The notes below the pieces were generated by a model. It was not told the origin of the DNA and did no database searches. It saw only the letters and a program-made list of their open reading frames with translations. Made by a program: the position numbers and the translations under genes. A DNA stretch of 64,000 nucleotides from a virus (taxonomy: Duplodnaviria; Heunggongvirae; Uroviricota; Caudoviricetes): IMG/VR virus record IMGVR_UViG_3300034157_000063. One strand, given 5' to 3'. How positions within the stretch are numbered: position 1 is the stretch's first letter; every line of letters begins with the position of its first letter. Shown piece by piece: positions 40,386-49,941 of this stretch.

Positions 40386-40445
40386 AAAATATCTCCTAAT
40401 TGGTATACATCTATTATAACCTATCCACAAAAATTAAACAAGAAA

Positions 40446-41045
40446 TCATTTTCCAATTAAATCTTTATACACATCTTTGTGTTCAATAGACATCTTATTA
40501 AGTATTTCTGAGCGATTTTTATTCACTTGCTCAGTGAATTTTGGAGCCGTAAATGTTAACAAAATAGCTGATTCTGTGCTATTCTTAAGATATTGAGTTT
40601 GATAGTTATCTAGTGTAACAAAAACATTCATTTTTTCGAAATATCGAACTGTCTTGTTAAGTTTATCAGTAGTCATTACAAAGCCATTTGCTGTCAAACT
40701 GTCCGCTATACCCGTTGCAATGGCAAGTTTTTCATACTTATCTTCCATTGACCATCTTGGCTTATCATAAGAACCAACTCGCACTTCAACTGAATAAAGA
40801 ATATTATTAAAAATAGTGTATCTGTAGTCCAATTTAGAATTAAGTTCTTTATAATCAATAGTTTTAACTACCTTGTCTGCCTTTTTTTCTTGTTGGTCTA
40901 AGTTTAAAATCCACTCAGGTACTGGCCCGCCTATGTAGGGCATAAAATCATACATAACTTTGGGATTAATATTTTCGACATCACTTGCTGCCGACATCAG
41001 TGGCACAAGTAATAGCAGGGCTACCAAATATTTTTTAATGTTCAT
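40446..41045 (-). CDS. exported hypothetical protein
   Basis: Signal peptide MNIKKYLVALLLLVPLMSAA. Confidence 0.7.
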   Translation of the reverse strand: MNIKKYLVALLLLVPLMSAASDVENINPKVMYDFMPYIGGPVPEWILNLDQQEKKADKVVKTIDYKELNSKLDYRYTIFNNILYSVEVRVGSYDKPRWSMEDKYEKLAIATGIADSLTANGFVMTTDKLNKTVRYFEKMNVFVTLDNYQTQYLKNSTESAILLTFTAPKFTEQVNKNRSEILNKMSIEHKDVYKDLIGK

Positions 41046-41062
41046 TTTTTTTACTTCTCCTT

Positions 41063-41890
41063 TTAATTTACGATTCGAGTACGGATTGCTTTTGGGTAAT
41101 CCAGTAGTTTTTTGTTTAACTGCATGGACAGGTCGAATTTTTTCGATTGCAGCGTTTCATCAGCCTTCTTTTTTGCCTTTTCTTTAATAGACACTTCTTC
41201 TTGCTTATTCAGTAATACTTTTTTGTTGGTCAACACTTTGTCCAAACGTGCTAGACGCTCTAACAACTCTTCACGTTCTTTGTAAGCTTCGGACGCTTTC
41301 AAAGCGGCATCAACATTAGCAGTAGCAGTTGAATATGACTCACGAGTCAACTTCGAAACATCTTCAGCTAACTTAATATCAAGTTCAGCAGTTTTTTCAG
41401 CAACGAATTGTTTTATTTCTGCACTTGCCTTTTCAATATCATCGGCCAAACTAAAGGTCGTTTGCAAGAATACTTCACTGAACACGTTGATGATTTCGTC
41501 ATAGCTTTTGTTATCAATAGTTGTTAGCTTTTTGTTTAATGAATTCAAAGACTCCTTGAATTTTTCAAGGGGCATAGGTTCACCATAACGAGTTTGATCA
41601 AGCTCATCACCAAATTTAACAGAACCACAGACCAGTTGTTCGTCTTGTTCTTTGTCCATATAAGTAAAGGTCAAAGCAAATGAGAACCCTTTATTTTCTA
41701 AGGATTCGAAGATCATGATGAAGTCACATTCGACGCCTTTTGTTTCGTATTTGTCACTGCGTGCAAAAACCCACGGAATTCTTCTTGATTCCGCTTTGTT
41801 TAAGGTGAACTCATGAGAATGTCCACGAACTTGCGAACGCAAGTTATCAATGGCTGTTTTATAACGCTTCATTGGAGTAAGCTTTTTCAT
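41063..41890 (-). CDS. hypothetical protein with coiled-coil C-terminal half
   Basis: GAGG SD; K/E/A-rich helical region. Confidence 0.75.
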   Translation of the reverse strand: MKKLTPMKRYKTAIDNLRSQVRGHSHEFTLNKAESRRIPWVFARSDKYETKGVECDFIMIFESLENKGFSFALTFTYMDKEQDEQLVCGSVKFGDELDQTRYGEPMPLEKFKESLNSLNKKLTTIDNKSYDEIINVFSEVFLQTTFSLADDIEKASAEIKQFVAEKTAELDIKLAEDVSKLTRESYSTATANVDAALKASEAYKEREELLERLARLDKVLTNKKVLLNKQEEVSIKEKAKKKADETLQSKKFDLSMQLNKKLLDYPKAIRTRIVN

Positions 41891-42082
41891 GGCAGACCTC
41901 TTTATTTAATGTTCATTATTATATCATCTTTTTTATGATTTGGGAACAACGATATTTAACTTTCACCTCTATAAAAGCAAAACAGTACACAATATTATTT
42001 AAAAATATTTCAAAATTACTATATTTTTTGTTTTATTAACTGATACGATAATATTATATAAACCAGTAAAGAAGTATCAAAA

Positions 42083-43015
42083 ATGAAAAAAAATATGTTA
42101 GCACTCTTTATTGTCTCAACATTTGGTATTTCTTTTGCTGATTATCGCATAGTTTTTCCAATGGAAGTAACCAATGGTGGAGCACTACAAAATGGTAGTA
42201 TTACCTTTACAGGTGGGACACCTCCTGTTGTAGAGCAACCTGTCACTCCACCTGCAGCCAAAGATGAATGTATGCCTGCATCAGTTGGTGTCTATGGTTG
42301 GCGTATAAATAGAACGAGTGGAGTAGGAGCTGTTCTTTGGAATGGTTCAACTGTAGGCACTTTCTCATCAGGTGTCACATCATTGGCTGGGCCTAATGGA
42401 ATCGTTTACACAAAAGATGCATCAACGTCTTCATTGACACAAGGACCAAATAACTTATTTGGTATTTGTAGAAATATACCGGGTAATTTTAATGGTGGTG
42501 CTTGGGTCAGTATTGCTCCTGTTGTGACTGCATGGACAAACTCAGGATCTGCTTATAATTGTACATGGACTCCCGATTCAAACAATTATCTACCAAGTCA
42601 GTCAGTAGATCAAACAGGTATTAATTGTAAACAAAAACAGGTAAGCACATCACAAGCAAGAGAGCAAAATGATTCGACGTTAGCTATTAGAAATGTTGGT
42701 TCACTTACTAATCTAAATAGAGATATTGATAGCGATGAAAACCCAACAAGAACAATTGCAGGCACAGATACAACCACTGATCTAGAAACGTGTGGTTATG
42801 ATAGATTGGCTGGTTGGTATTGGGAAGTTAGTTTATCTGACAATGAAACTTCTTACATTTCTTGGAAAGGAAATAAAGTTTTTTATTATCAAGAATCTCC
42901 ACATGTAGGTAATGTGACACAATTGACGGTTAATGGTATTACTTACAAACGTTCAACTTTCAAAAATGGCGATGCAAATGTCAGCAATTATGCACTTTGT
43001 CGTGTTAATAACTAA
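42083..43015 (+). CDS. exported protein with two Cys-bounded beta modules
   Basis: Signal peptide; modules C..W..WNG..Y..CR and C.YDRL.G.YW..SW.G..NGITYKR..CRV. Confidence 0.75.
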   Translation: MKKNMLALFIVSTFGISFADYRIVFPMEVTNGGALQNGSITFTGGTPPVVEQPVTPPAAKDECMPASVGVYGWRINRTSGVGAVLWNGSTVGTFSSGVTSLAGPNGIVYTKDASTSSLTQGPNNLFGICRNIPGNFNGGAWVSIAPVVTAWTNSGSAYNCTWTPDSNNYLPSQSVDQTGINCKQKQVSTSQAREQNDSTLAIRNVGSLTNLNRDIDSDENPTRTIAGTDTTTDLETCGYDRLAGWYWEVSLSDNETSYISWKGNKVFYYQESPHVGNVTQLTVNGITYKRSTFKNGDANVSNYALCRVNN

Positions 43016-43200
43016 TTAAAAGTTTAATAAAAAGCTTAACTTCGGTTAAGTTTTTTTATTTATAAGAAAACATATAATTATTTATATTTTACAACCAAGA
43101 CAAATGCTAATTAAACAGTGTTATTTATTGTTATATGTCTATTTCTTATTTTTTAAAATATGCTAATATTTTAATATAAACAAACCACTTTGAGACAATT

Positions 43201-43605
43201 ATGAAAAAAATAGCTTTGATATTACTCACAACCAGTTTTTTTTCGTTAACGCAAGCTGAATTTATTTTAACATCTCCACTTACTGGCCCACGCGGGATAA
43301 TGGAGGAAAGTTCTATTATTATGAAGGCTGCACCTATTGAAAACGTTCCAGCCGCTGCTCCTGTTTCAGACACTTGCGATTATGATCGTTTAAATGGCCT
43401 TTACTGGATGGTTGTTACTAATGAGGGACCAAGACAAGTTGCTCATGTAAGTTGGAACGGAACAACGCTTTATGATTATAATGGTCAAGCCCATATCAAT
43501 GATGCTACACAAGTGATCTTTAACGGGATTACTTATAAGCGTGGAGAACAGAAGATGGTTGATTACTATTCTGTCACTTATGGTGTTTGTCGCGTCAACA
43601 GTTAA
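43201..43605 (+). CDS. exported protein with one Cys-bounded beta module (paralog of 42083)
   Basis: Signal peptide; CDYDRLNGLYW..SWNG..NGITYKRG..CRVNS. Confidence 0.75.
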   Translation: MKKIALILLTTSFFSLTQAEFILTSPLTGPRGIMEESSIIMKAAPIENVPAAAPVSDTCDYDRLNGLYWMVVTNEGPRQVAHVSWNGTTLYDYNGQAHINDATQVIFNGITYKRGEQKMVDYYSVTYGVCRVNS

Positions 43606-43712
43606 GCTATAAACACTTTAAAATTTTGTTATTTAACTCATGTTATTTTGTTGGTATTAATGACTCAATTATGCTATAATATTAGCATTAAATTTAAATC
43701 TTGGAGTGGATA

Positions 43713-44657
43713 ATGCTTACAATTGATGAGGTTAAAGATTACTTAAACATGCCAGAACTCCCTATTCTACACACGAATAGTGAACGAAATTTTTATGTGA
43801 AAAAAATCTATGATGATTATTATTGTTCAAATCACGATCAATCTATCATTATTCGAGCCTTTGACGATTTTGAACCCATTAGTGTTTCAACGTCTCGCTA
43901 TTTTTCTGTCTACGTTAATGATTTTGTCGTTTTGACGTATGTAGGTGATCACTCTTATAATTCAGACATCTTCAAGATTTTTGATGGATTGCCCTTCATG
44001 ACATTAACACCAGAACATTTTTATTTTTTTATTACTGAAATCAATACAAAAGGCAAAGATTGTATTGTCTATTTCGATAGACTGTCTGAAAAAGTTATTG
44101 ATTATAATGGTGATCAGAATATCAATATCGTGTATGTTTGTTTGAAAGAACAAAAATATAAGGATAAATCTTTTTATAAAATTGTGAATGGTGAAATCTT
44201 GTTTGCTTTTGGTTTATACACTAATCAATATTTTGGCAGTGATGAATATAAAAAATATTTTGATAAAATAGCTTATTTGAGAAAATATTACAACTTATAC
44301 ACCTTTATAATCTATCAGTCTATTAATGCGGACACTGTTCGTTTGTTGGTGAGTACTTATGATTTTGAAATCGTGTTGAATAATTCAGTGACTCATAAAC
44401 ATCTGTTTGAAGAATCTAATCATTCAGCGGCTTATATTTACGAAAAAAATAAGCGTACAACTCCGATCACTATTAATACCATTGAGAGTGGTGATGCAGT
44501 CGGTGACTTAATTGAAAAAATTATTGATGGAGTGTTGAAAGAATATCCATGTTCATATTTCGATCTGTTTTTATCCGATGGAGGTGTGCGTTACACATCT
44601 TTAGATGATAAAGAAATGGATGACTATGTTAAATTATTCAGGATGAGCACGATCTAG
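43713..44657 (+). CDS. hypothetical protein with shared C-terminal motif (..KLFRMSTI)
   Basis: GGAG SD and promoter upstream. Confidence 0.7.
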   Translation: MLTIDEVKDYLNMPELPILHTNSERNFYVKKIYDDYYCSNHDQSIIIRAFDDFEPISVSTSRYFSVYVNDFVVLTYVGDHSYNSDIFKIFDGLPFMTLTPEHFYFFITEINTKGKDCIVYFDRLSEKVIDYNGDQNINIVYVCLKEQKYKDKSFYKIVNGEILFAFGLYTNQYFGSDEYKKYFDKIAYLRKYYNLYTFIIYQSINADTVRLLVSTYDFEIVLNNSVTHKHLFEESNHSAAYIYEKNKRTTPITINTIESGDAVGDLIEKIIDGVLKEYPCSYFDLFLSDGGVRYTSLDDKEMDDYVKLFRMSTI

Positions 44658-44682
44658 TTTAAAGTGCTTTTATTTTAGCTAT

Positions 44683-44860
44683 AAAAAAAGACCTGACATT
44701 GCTGTTAGGTCTTTTTAGTTTAAGGGAAGCGATCAGGTATATCAGCCAATAGAGTTAGAAGGAACCGTAATCATAGCCTTGAATAAGTAGATATGGAAAG
44801 CGAACAGGTAGATCGTCATTTAAAGAATGTTTAGAAGGAACCTAATTCATAGCCTTATCT
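44683..44860 (-). ncRNA. candidate tandem-pseudoknot small RNA, locus 1
   Basis: Minus-strand promoter TTGACT(44895)-16-TG-extended TAATAT; two copies of RAGGCTA-N7-GGTTCCTTCTAA (44831-44856, 44755-44780); GCAA-loop terminator with U7; no ORF. Confidence 0.7.
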
Positions 44861-44981
44861 AAGTACAATATTAGCAGATTATTTTTAAAAGTCAACAGTT
44901 TTGTTTGTTTTTTCTTTTAAATTATGTTAAAATCATTTCAATTGAAAACCTCATTAGATTTAACAGATAGGAGTATTTTTT

Positions 44982-45377
44982 TTGAGTGACTATGCAGAAT
45001 TTGAGATTGCAGCGGTATTAAATAATGTTATGATTATTGATAAATTATTCAAAGCTAATGGAAATATTCATAAGATTTGTTCACATTTGCAAACTGAAAA
45101 TGAAAGGTATCACGAGGAATCTGTAACGGGTTTAGATGTGGTTCGGGATTCTGATGATTATAGTTTTATGATTTATGCCAAAGATTTTAGATTTCGCATT
45201 AAAGAAAACATGATTTCTATTTTTTATGGTGAGTTTGGGATTAACGTTAACACTAGAACAGGAGATTCAATAGAAAATTTTAAACTATTATTTCTGACTC
45301 TGGTTAATATTCATTCCGACCAAAAATTTGAGAATGTTGAGCAATTCGTTGATCTGTATAACATGATTCATATTTAA
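44982..45377 (+). CDS. tandem-array family member (half-length), C-terminus ..DLYNMIHI
   Basis: NNVMIIDKLFKANG motif shared with the array. Confidence 0.7.
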   Translation: MSDYAEFEIAAVLNNVMIIDKLFKANGNIHKICSHLQTENERYHEESVTGLDVVRDSDDYSFMIYAKDFRFRIKENMISIFYGEFGINVNTRTGDSIENFKLLFLTLVNIHSDQKFENVEQFVDLYNMIHI

Positions 45378-45473
45378 GTCTTTGGAGTGTCCTATGCTTT
45401 TAAAAAATGATTCAACCTTACTTGATTCAATTTAAAAATTAGAGATCTCACTTTATTGTTACAGGAGAAAAAA

Positions 45474-45914
45474 ATGATTACCGTTGAAAACGAAATTAAA
45501 AGATTAGTGTTTAATAACATTTTAATTGTTGATGAACTCTTTAAAGCTAATGGGAAGATTTATGACGCTTGTCTTTCTTTACAAAATGAAAATAAATATG
45601 CTCATACTGAACGTATTAATGGGATGCAATTTACAAGATATCTAGGCAACAAAGCGTCTGACAACTATAATTTTACTGTTTATATTGATTCTCTTATGTT
45701 TTCTATCGAACTAGATCTTATTGTTTTTAAATATGGAGAGCTATCTATCCGTGTCGATTTTAAAGTTGGTCCAGATGAAGATACCCCTGATATACGGCTT
45801 GAAAAAATTAAAACATTTAAAGCTCTCTTTCTTTCTTTAATAAACATTAAAGCGGATCAAACATTTGAAAATATCGATCAATTCGTTGATCTCTATAACA
45901 TGGTTCATATTTAA
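45474..45914 (+). CDS. tandem-array family member (half-length), C-terminus ..DLYNMVHI
   Basis: Close paralog of 44982 (NNILIVDELFKANG). Confidence 0.75.
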   Translation: MITVENEIKRLVFNNILIVDELFKANGKIYDACLSLQNENKYAHTERINGMQFTRYLGNKASDNYNFTVYIDSLMFSIELDLIVFKYGELSIRVDFKVGPDEDTPDIRLEKIKTFKALFLSLINIKADQTFENIDQFVDLYNMVHI

Positions 45915-45930
45915 GTATTAGGAGTAACCT

Positions 45931-46701
45931 ATGTTGTTAAAAAATGATTCACGATTACTTGAAGTTTATTTTAACATTAGTGATTTGGCTCAATTTGAGG
46001 TTGATACGACATTCGCCAGTGAATTAATATCGCCCAGCGAAAAACGGTTTTTAATGAACGCTGTTCGTGCTTTAGCAAACGACATATTATCAGTTTCAGG
46101 CGACTTTAAAACCAGTATTAATTTTTATATTCGTCAATCAGGTTTATTGATTGAAATGGACTCTTCTTATCCATTTTTAATGCAATCATCTTTTAATTTT
46201 GAATTGTCTGAACCTTTAATTAAAGATAAGTCTCTAGATCATTATGTGAGCGATTTAATTTATCAAAATGATCGATATCGAACGTATGGGAGTTATTTAA
46301 CTCTTGTTGATTTTAGGTCTTTCTTTGAAAACATTAGATTTATTGACAACTTATTTGAATTTGATGGTAAATTTTATTCTTTTTATAAAGACATTGATTT
46401 TACAATGGGGGCACGCGAATTTAAATTTGATTCATTTAATTCTTTCGTACATTGTGGTGAACACCCCTTGTTAAAAATTCAATTTGGAGATCTTCTGGTC
46501 ACCATTTCCCCTGATGAGTTTTCTTTTGCTATTATGGGTGGTTCCGCTATTTTGACCATATCTAAGCAGAGTAGAAGGAATTATCATCAGAAAAAAGATA
46601 ACTTAGCAAAGCTTATTATAGATATGTATAATATGGAGTTGATGCTAGAAGTTGATACCATGAAAAATTTACTGCTATTGATTAGAATGAAGGCTATTTA
46701 G
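45931..46701 (+). CDS. tandem-array family member, C-terminus ..LLIRMKAI
   Basis: ALANDIL, SYPF and ENIRFIDNLFEFDG motifs. Confidence 0.75.
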   Translation: MLLKNDSRLLEVYFNISDLAQFEVDTTFASELISPSEKRFLMNAVRALANDILSVSGDFKTSINFYIRQSGLLIEMDSSYPFLMQSSFNFELSEPLIKDKSLDHYVSDLIYQNDRYRTYGSYLTLVDFRSFFENIRFIDNLFEFDGKFYSFYKDIDFTMGAREFKFDSFNSFVHCGEHPLLKIQFGDLLVTISPDEFSFAIMGGSAILTISKQSRRNYHQKKDNLAKLIIDMYNMELMLEVDTMKNLLLLIRMKAI

Positions 46702-46731
46702 TCTTCATTTTTTTGTTGCTTTATTTTAGGC

Positions 46732-46917
46732 AAAAAAAAACCTGTATCGCTACAAGTTTGTTTTATTTGAGGGAATTGACAAGGTTTAATCAGTTTAATA
46801 TTTACAAGTTAAGTTAGAAGGAACCTTAATGCTAGCCTCGGTGAAATAGTTGGTATGGAAATCGAAATGGTGAATCTTAGAATGAGTTAGAAGGAACCAA
46901 CTTCATAGCCTTACCGT
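46732..46917 (-). ncRNA. candidate tandem-pseudoknot small RNA, locus 2
   Basis: Minus-strand promoter TTGACT(46952)-17-TACTAT; motif copies 46887-46912 and 46814-46839; GCGA-loop terminator with U9; no ORF. Confidence 0.75.
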
Positions 46918-47015
46918 TTGTATATAGTATGATATTCGAACTAAAAAGTCAAGCGTTTTTTTTCTTGATTTAATGATTTTAAACTGTTAAAGTGTTTACA
47001 TAATGGAGAGGTTCG

Positions 47016-47858
47016 ATGTTTGATGAAAGTCTGCCTTATCAGTTAAAAACTGGTAGGCAATTAATAAAGTTGTCAGATTTAAAAAATGCGGAAATCATAG
47101 GCGTTCAGGATGAACACAATTTAAAAATTTCTCGTTTTTTAAACATTCTTGCTGATGATATTCTGTGTATGCGTGATGATGTAAAAAGTTATGTTTTTAT
47201 AGATATTGTTGATGACGTATTTTCTATATGTATAGACCATTCATATCCTTTTTTGGAATTTTTAAACAGTTCTAATCCCGTTAAAATAAATGAAGCATTG
47301 AATGGCGTTGATTTTCTTTTAAATCTAAATCTATCAATAGATTTAATTACTCCGGCCTTGTTGGCGATATTTCTTGATGAATTAAAAGCTGATGGTTGGT
47401 ATAAATTTAATGATGATGATGAGCGAGAATCGGAAACTGGTTTAATGGAACAGTTCATTCACATCAATGCATTGGATACTTTTTATGTGTTTGATATCAT
47501 CGATCAGGCATTAGGCTATGATGGAACACTATCCAAACGGGTTAAAAATAATATTTACCATGTAATGCCATTCTCAGAAGAAGATGAGTTCTCAATGTTT
47601 GAATTTAGAAACTTTAATTCAAATAATATTGAGATGACACTCACCAACCATGATTTCTATATTAAAGTTATCAATAACACTATTAGATTTGAATATTTAT
47701 ATGATTCGATGGAGTTTAATTTAAATAAAAAACATCCAGTGGCCTTTAATATTAAAAAGTTTACTCAATTCTTTTTAAGTTTTTACAATATTCAACATGA
47801 TACAGACCATGATGACTTACCCCGCTGGATTAAACTGCAGGAAATGATAGCCATATAA
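47016..47858 (+). CDS. tandem-array family member, C-terminus ..KLQEMIAI
   Basis: ILADDIL, SYPF and IIDQALGYDG motifs. Confidence 0.75.
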   Translation: MFDESLPYQLKTGRQLIKLSDLKNAEIIGVQDEHNLKISRFLNILADDILCMRDDVKSYVFIDIVDDVFSICIDHSYPFLEFLNSSNPVKINEALNGVDFLLNLNLSIDLITPALLAIFLDELKADGWYKFNDDDERESETGLMEQFIHINALDTFYVFDIIDQALGYDGTLSKRVKNNIYHVMPFSEEDEFSMFEFRNFNSNNIEMTLTNHDFYIKVINNTIRFEYLYDSMEFNLNKKHPVAFNIKKFTQFFLSFYNIQHDTDHDDLPRWIKLQEMIAI

Positions 47859-47986
47859 CTGATATTATTGTTGCCATTCATTATACTTTATTTTTTACCA
47901 TTAAAATTTTATAATTTCATTAAAAATGAAGTATATTTAATGGTTTTAATATGTTATAATAATCCATTATTTTAGAGGCTCTGCAC

Positions 47987-48826
47987 ATGGCTAAATCAAA
48001 AAAAGATAACGAAATTATTATGCTTTCCAATAATGACAACCATACTGTTATGTTAACCGATTTACGTCGAGTAAACATTGAAGGAATCAGTAAGCAAAAA
48101 AATAATAGAATGTTAGCCTACTTTGACCTACTTGTTGACGATCTTTTAATTTATAACGGCGATTTTGAGTTAGATGTCGAAATTTCAATGAGTGCTGATA
48201 ACATGTTTATGAGTATCATGTTAGAAAAATCATATCCTTATTACTACGATTGTATTTTTCTTTGTTTTGATCTGAAAGAAAAAGCAAGTATTCAAAGTTT
48301 ATCGAGAGCACTTACTAATGTTGACAGTGAGGAACGCAATGATTGGGATGACAAAGATGATATTGTGAAATTTATTGACTGCAGTATTGGTTACGATCAT
48401 GAATTGATGTTGAGTGATTACCCACCTATGTTTATTGAGTATGGGTGTGGATTGATGAGTAATGTTCGCCTTGTTGATAAAGCACTCTATTTTGACAATC
48501 AACTGGTTAAGACTTTTCATGATAATAACATATACACAGGTAATGATATAAGAATTGATTCGTCATCATTTACGTTTACTATGCAGGGAACAAGAGAGCC
48601 TGATCTTTTTGTTAATTCCACTTACCTTGATATTAGAATTGAAAATGATGGTGTGAAGTTTACGTTTGATAAGGATAATACGTTTACCTTTACAACAACG
48701 ACTAATTTTGAACGTGACTTTAATATGCTGCAGATGTTCATTAAAATGTTTATTGAAAAAAAGAAAGATCACGATATTCATGATTTGAAAAGTGAGCTTT
48801 TGTTGATTGAAATGGAAACTATTTGA
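47987..48826 (+). CDS. tandem-array family member, C-terminus ..LLIEMETI
   Basis: LLVDDLL, SYPY and NVRLVDKALYFD motifs. Confidence 0.75.
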   Translation: MAKSKKDNEIIMLSNNDNHTVMLTDLRRVNIEGISKQKNNRMLAYFDLLVDDLLIYNGDFELDVEISMSADNMFMSIMLEKSYPYYYDCIFLCFDLKEKASIQSLSRALTNVDSEERNDWDDKDDIVKFIDCSIGYDHELMLSDYPPMFIEYGCGLMSNVRLVDKALYFDNQLVKTFHDNNIYTGNDIRIDSSSFTFTMQGTREPDLFVNSTYLDIRIENDGVKFTFDKDNTFTFTTTTNFERDFNMLQMFIKMFIEKKKDHDIHDLKSELLLIEMETI

Positions 48827-48827
48827 A

Positions 48828-49152
48828 ATGAATGAATATAAATATTTACTTAATGCCGATAATTTTTACATGTCTTCCATGACAGACTTAAAAACAACAA
48901 CATTTAAAAAATTAAAAGATGAACATAAACGAACATTATTAAATAGGTATTTAAGCCTGTTAGTTGATGATGCCTTATCTAACAATAAACCTGACTTCAA
49001 AATAGAATTTCACATGGCTACGTACTGACTGTATGGATCATGATACATTAATGGTTAATCAATTTTTTATTATTTATCTTGAAAAATGGCTTGGTCATAA
49101 GATTACAGATTTAAAAATAGAAATACAATTACTTGAGATGGAGTGCATTTAA
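48828..49152 (+). pseudogene. internally deleted, frameshifted tandem-array member
   Basis: N-terminal fragment 48828-49028 (LLVDDAL) and, in another frame, C-terminal fragment 49033-49152 ending KITDLKIEIQLLEMECI*. Confidence 0.6.
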
Positions 49153-49941
49153 ATGAAAAATGAAGAATGGGAATTTGATGTAGATTCAGACTCCGATTAT
49201 TATTCTGTCTTAATTTCAAGTGGTCACTCATACCATATGTTACTGAGTTCATTAAAGAATATTACAATTATTGATAGTAATCACACGCCCACTGATCATG
49301 TTAATATGCAAAAATATCTCACCTTGATTGTAGACGATGTTTTATTGTTTGGTTATAATGTTGAAGTTAGTTTTAGCCTCTCTATCAATAACCACATTAT
49401 GTTGTTAGAAGTTGAAAAGCTATATCCCTTTGTAAAAGATAATATTGATTTTAGGATCGATCTTACACAAGATGTCGATATTAAGCATGTGGTGGCAATA
49501 TTGGATGACACCGTTGCTCGTGATGAAGCTAATAATAATCATATTCATTACACTGATCTTAAAAATCGGAACACTTTAAAAAACGTTGATATTGTTGATA
49601 ATGCATTATTTTATGATGGAACATTGAAAGAGAGTTTCTTAAACAATTTAATTAAAAGTGACTCCTTTAAATTTTCTTTTTTCGATATGTCTATTCTGAA
49701 CAATGGCGTTTCTGGTATTGAACTTCGCTCTGAAATTTATGACATGTCTATTTTTATTAATCAAGTTAAGGTTACTTTCAGATTAGCGGATGATTCATAT
49801 AGCTGGAACTTTACAGATGATACCGAATTTGATATTTTGTCTATTCGTCAATTATTTACATTATATCTAAGCAAACTTTTAAATAAAAAAATAACTGATT
49901 TAAAGCGTGAGATACAATTAATTGAAATGGAGTCTATTTAA
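49153..49941 (+). CDS. tandem-array family member, C-terminus ..QLIEMESI
   Basis: LIVDDVL, LYPF and NVDIVDNALFYDG motifs. Confidence 0.8.
   Translation: MKNEEWEFDVDSDSDYYSVLISSGHSYHMLLSSLKNITIIDSNHTPTDHVNMQKYLTLIVDDVLLFGYNVEVSFSLSINNHIMLLEVEKLYPFVKDNIDFRIDLTQDVDIKHVVAILDDTVARDEANNNHIHYTDLKNRNTLKNVDIVDNALFYDGTLKESFLNNLIKSDSFKFSFFDMSILNNGVSGIELRSEIYDMSIFINQVKVTFRLADDSYSWNFTDDTEFDILSIRQLFTLYLSKLLNKKITDLKREIQLIEMESI

Noticed and set aside
44755-46912. Reading the 26-nt repeats as CRISPR mini-arrays
   Set aside because: Only two copies per locus, a variable 7-nt core inside the repeat, conserved motifs within the would-be spacers, no match by eye to known repeat families, and no cas genes.
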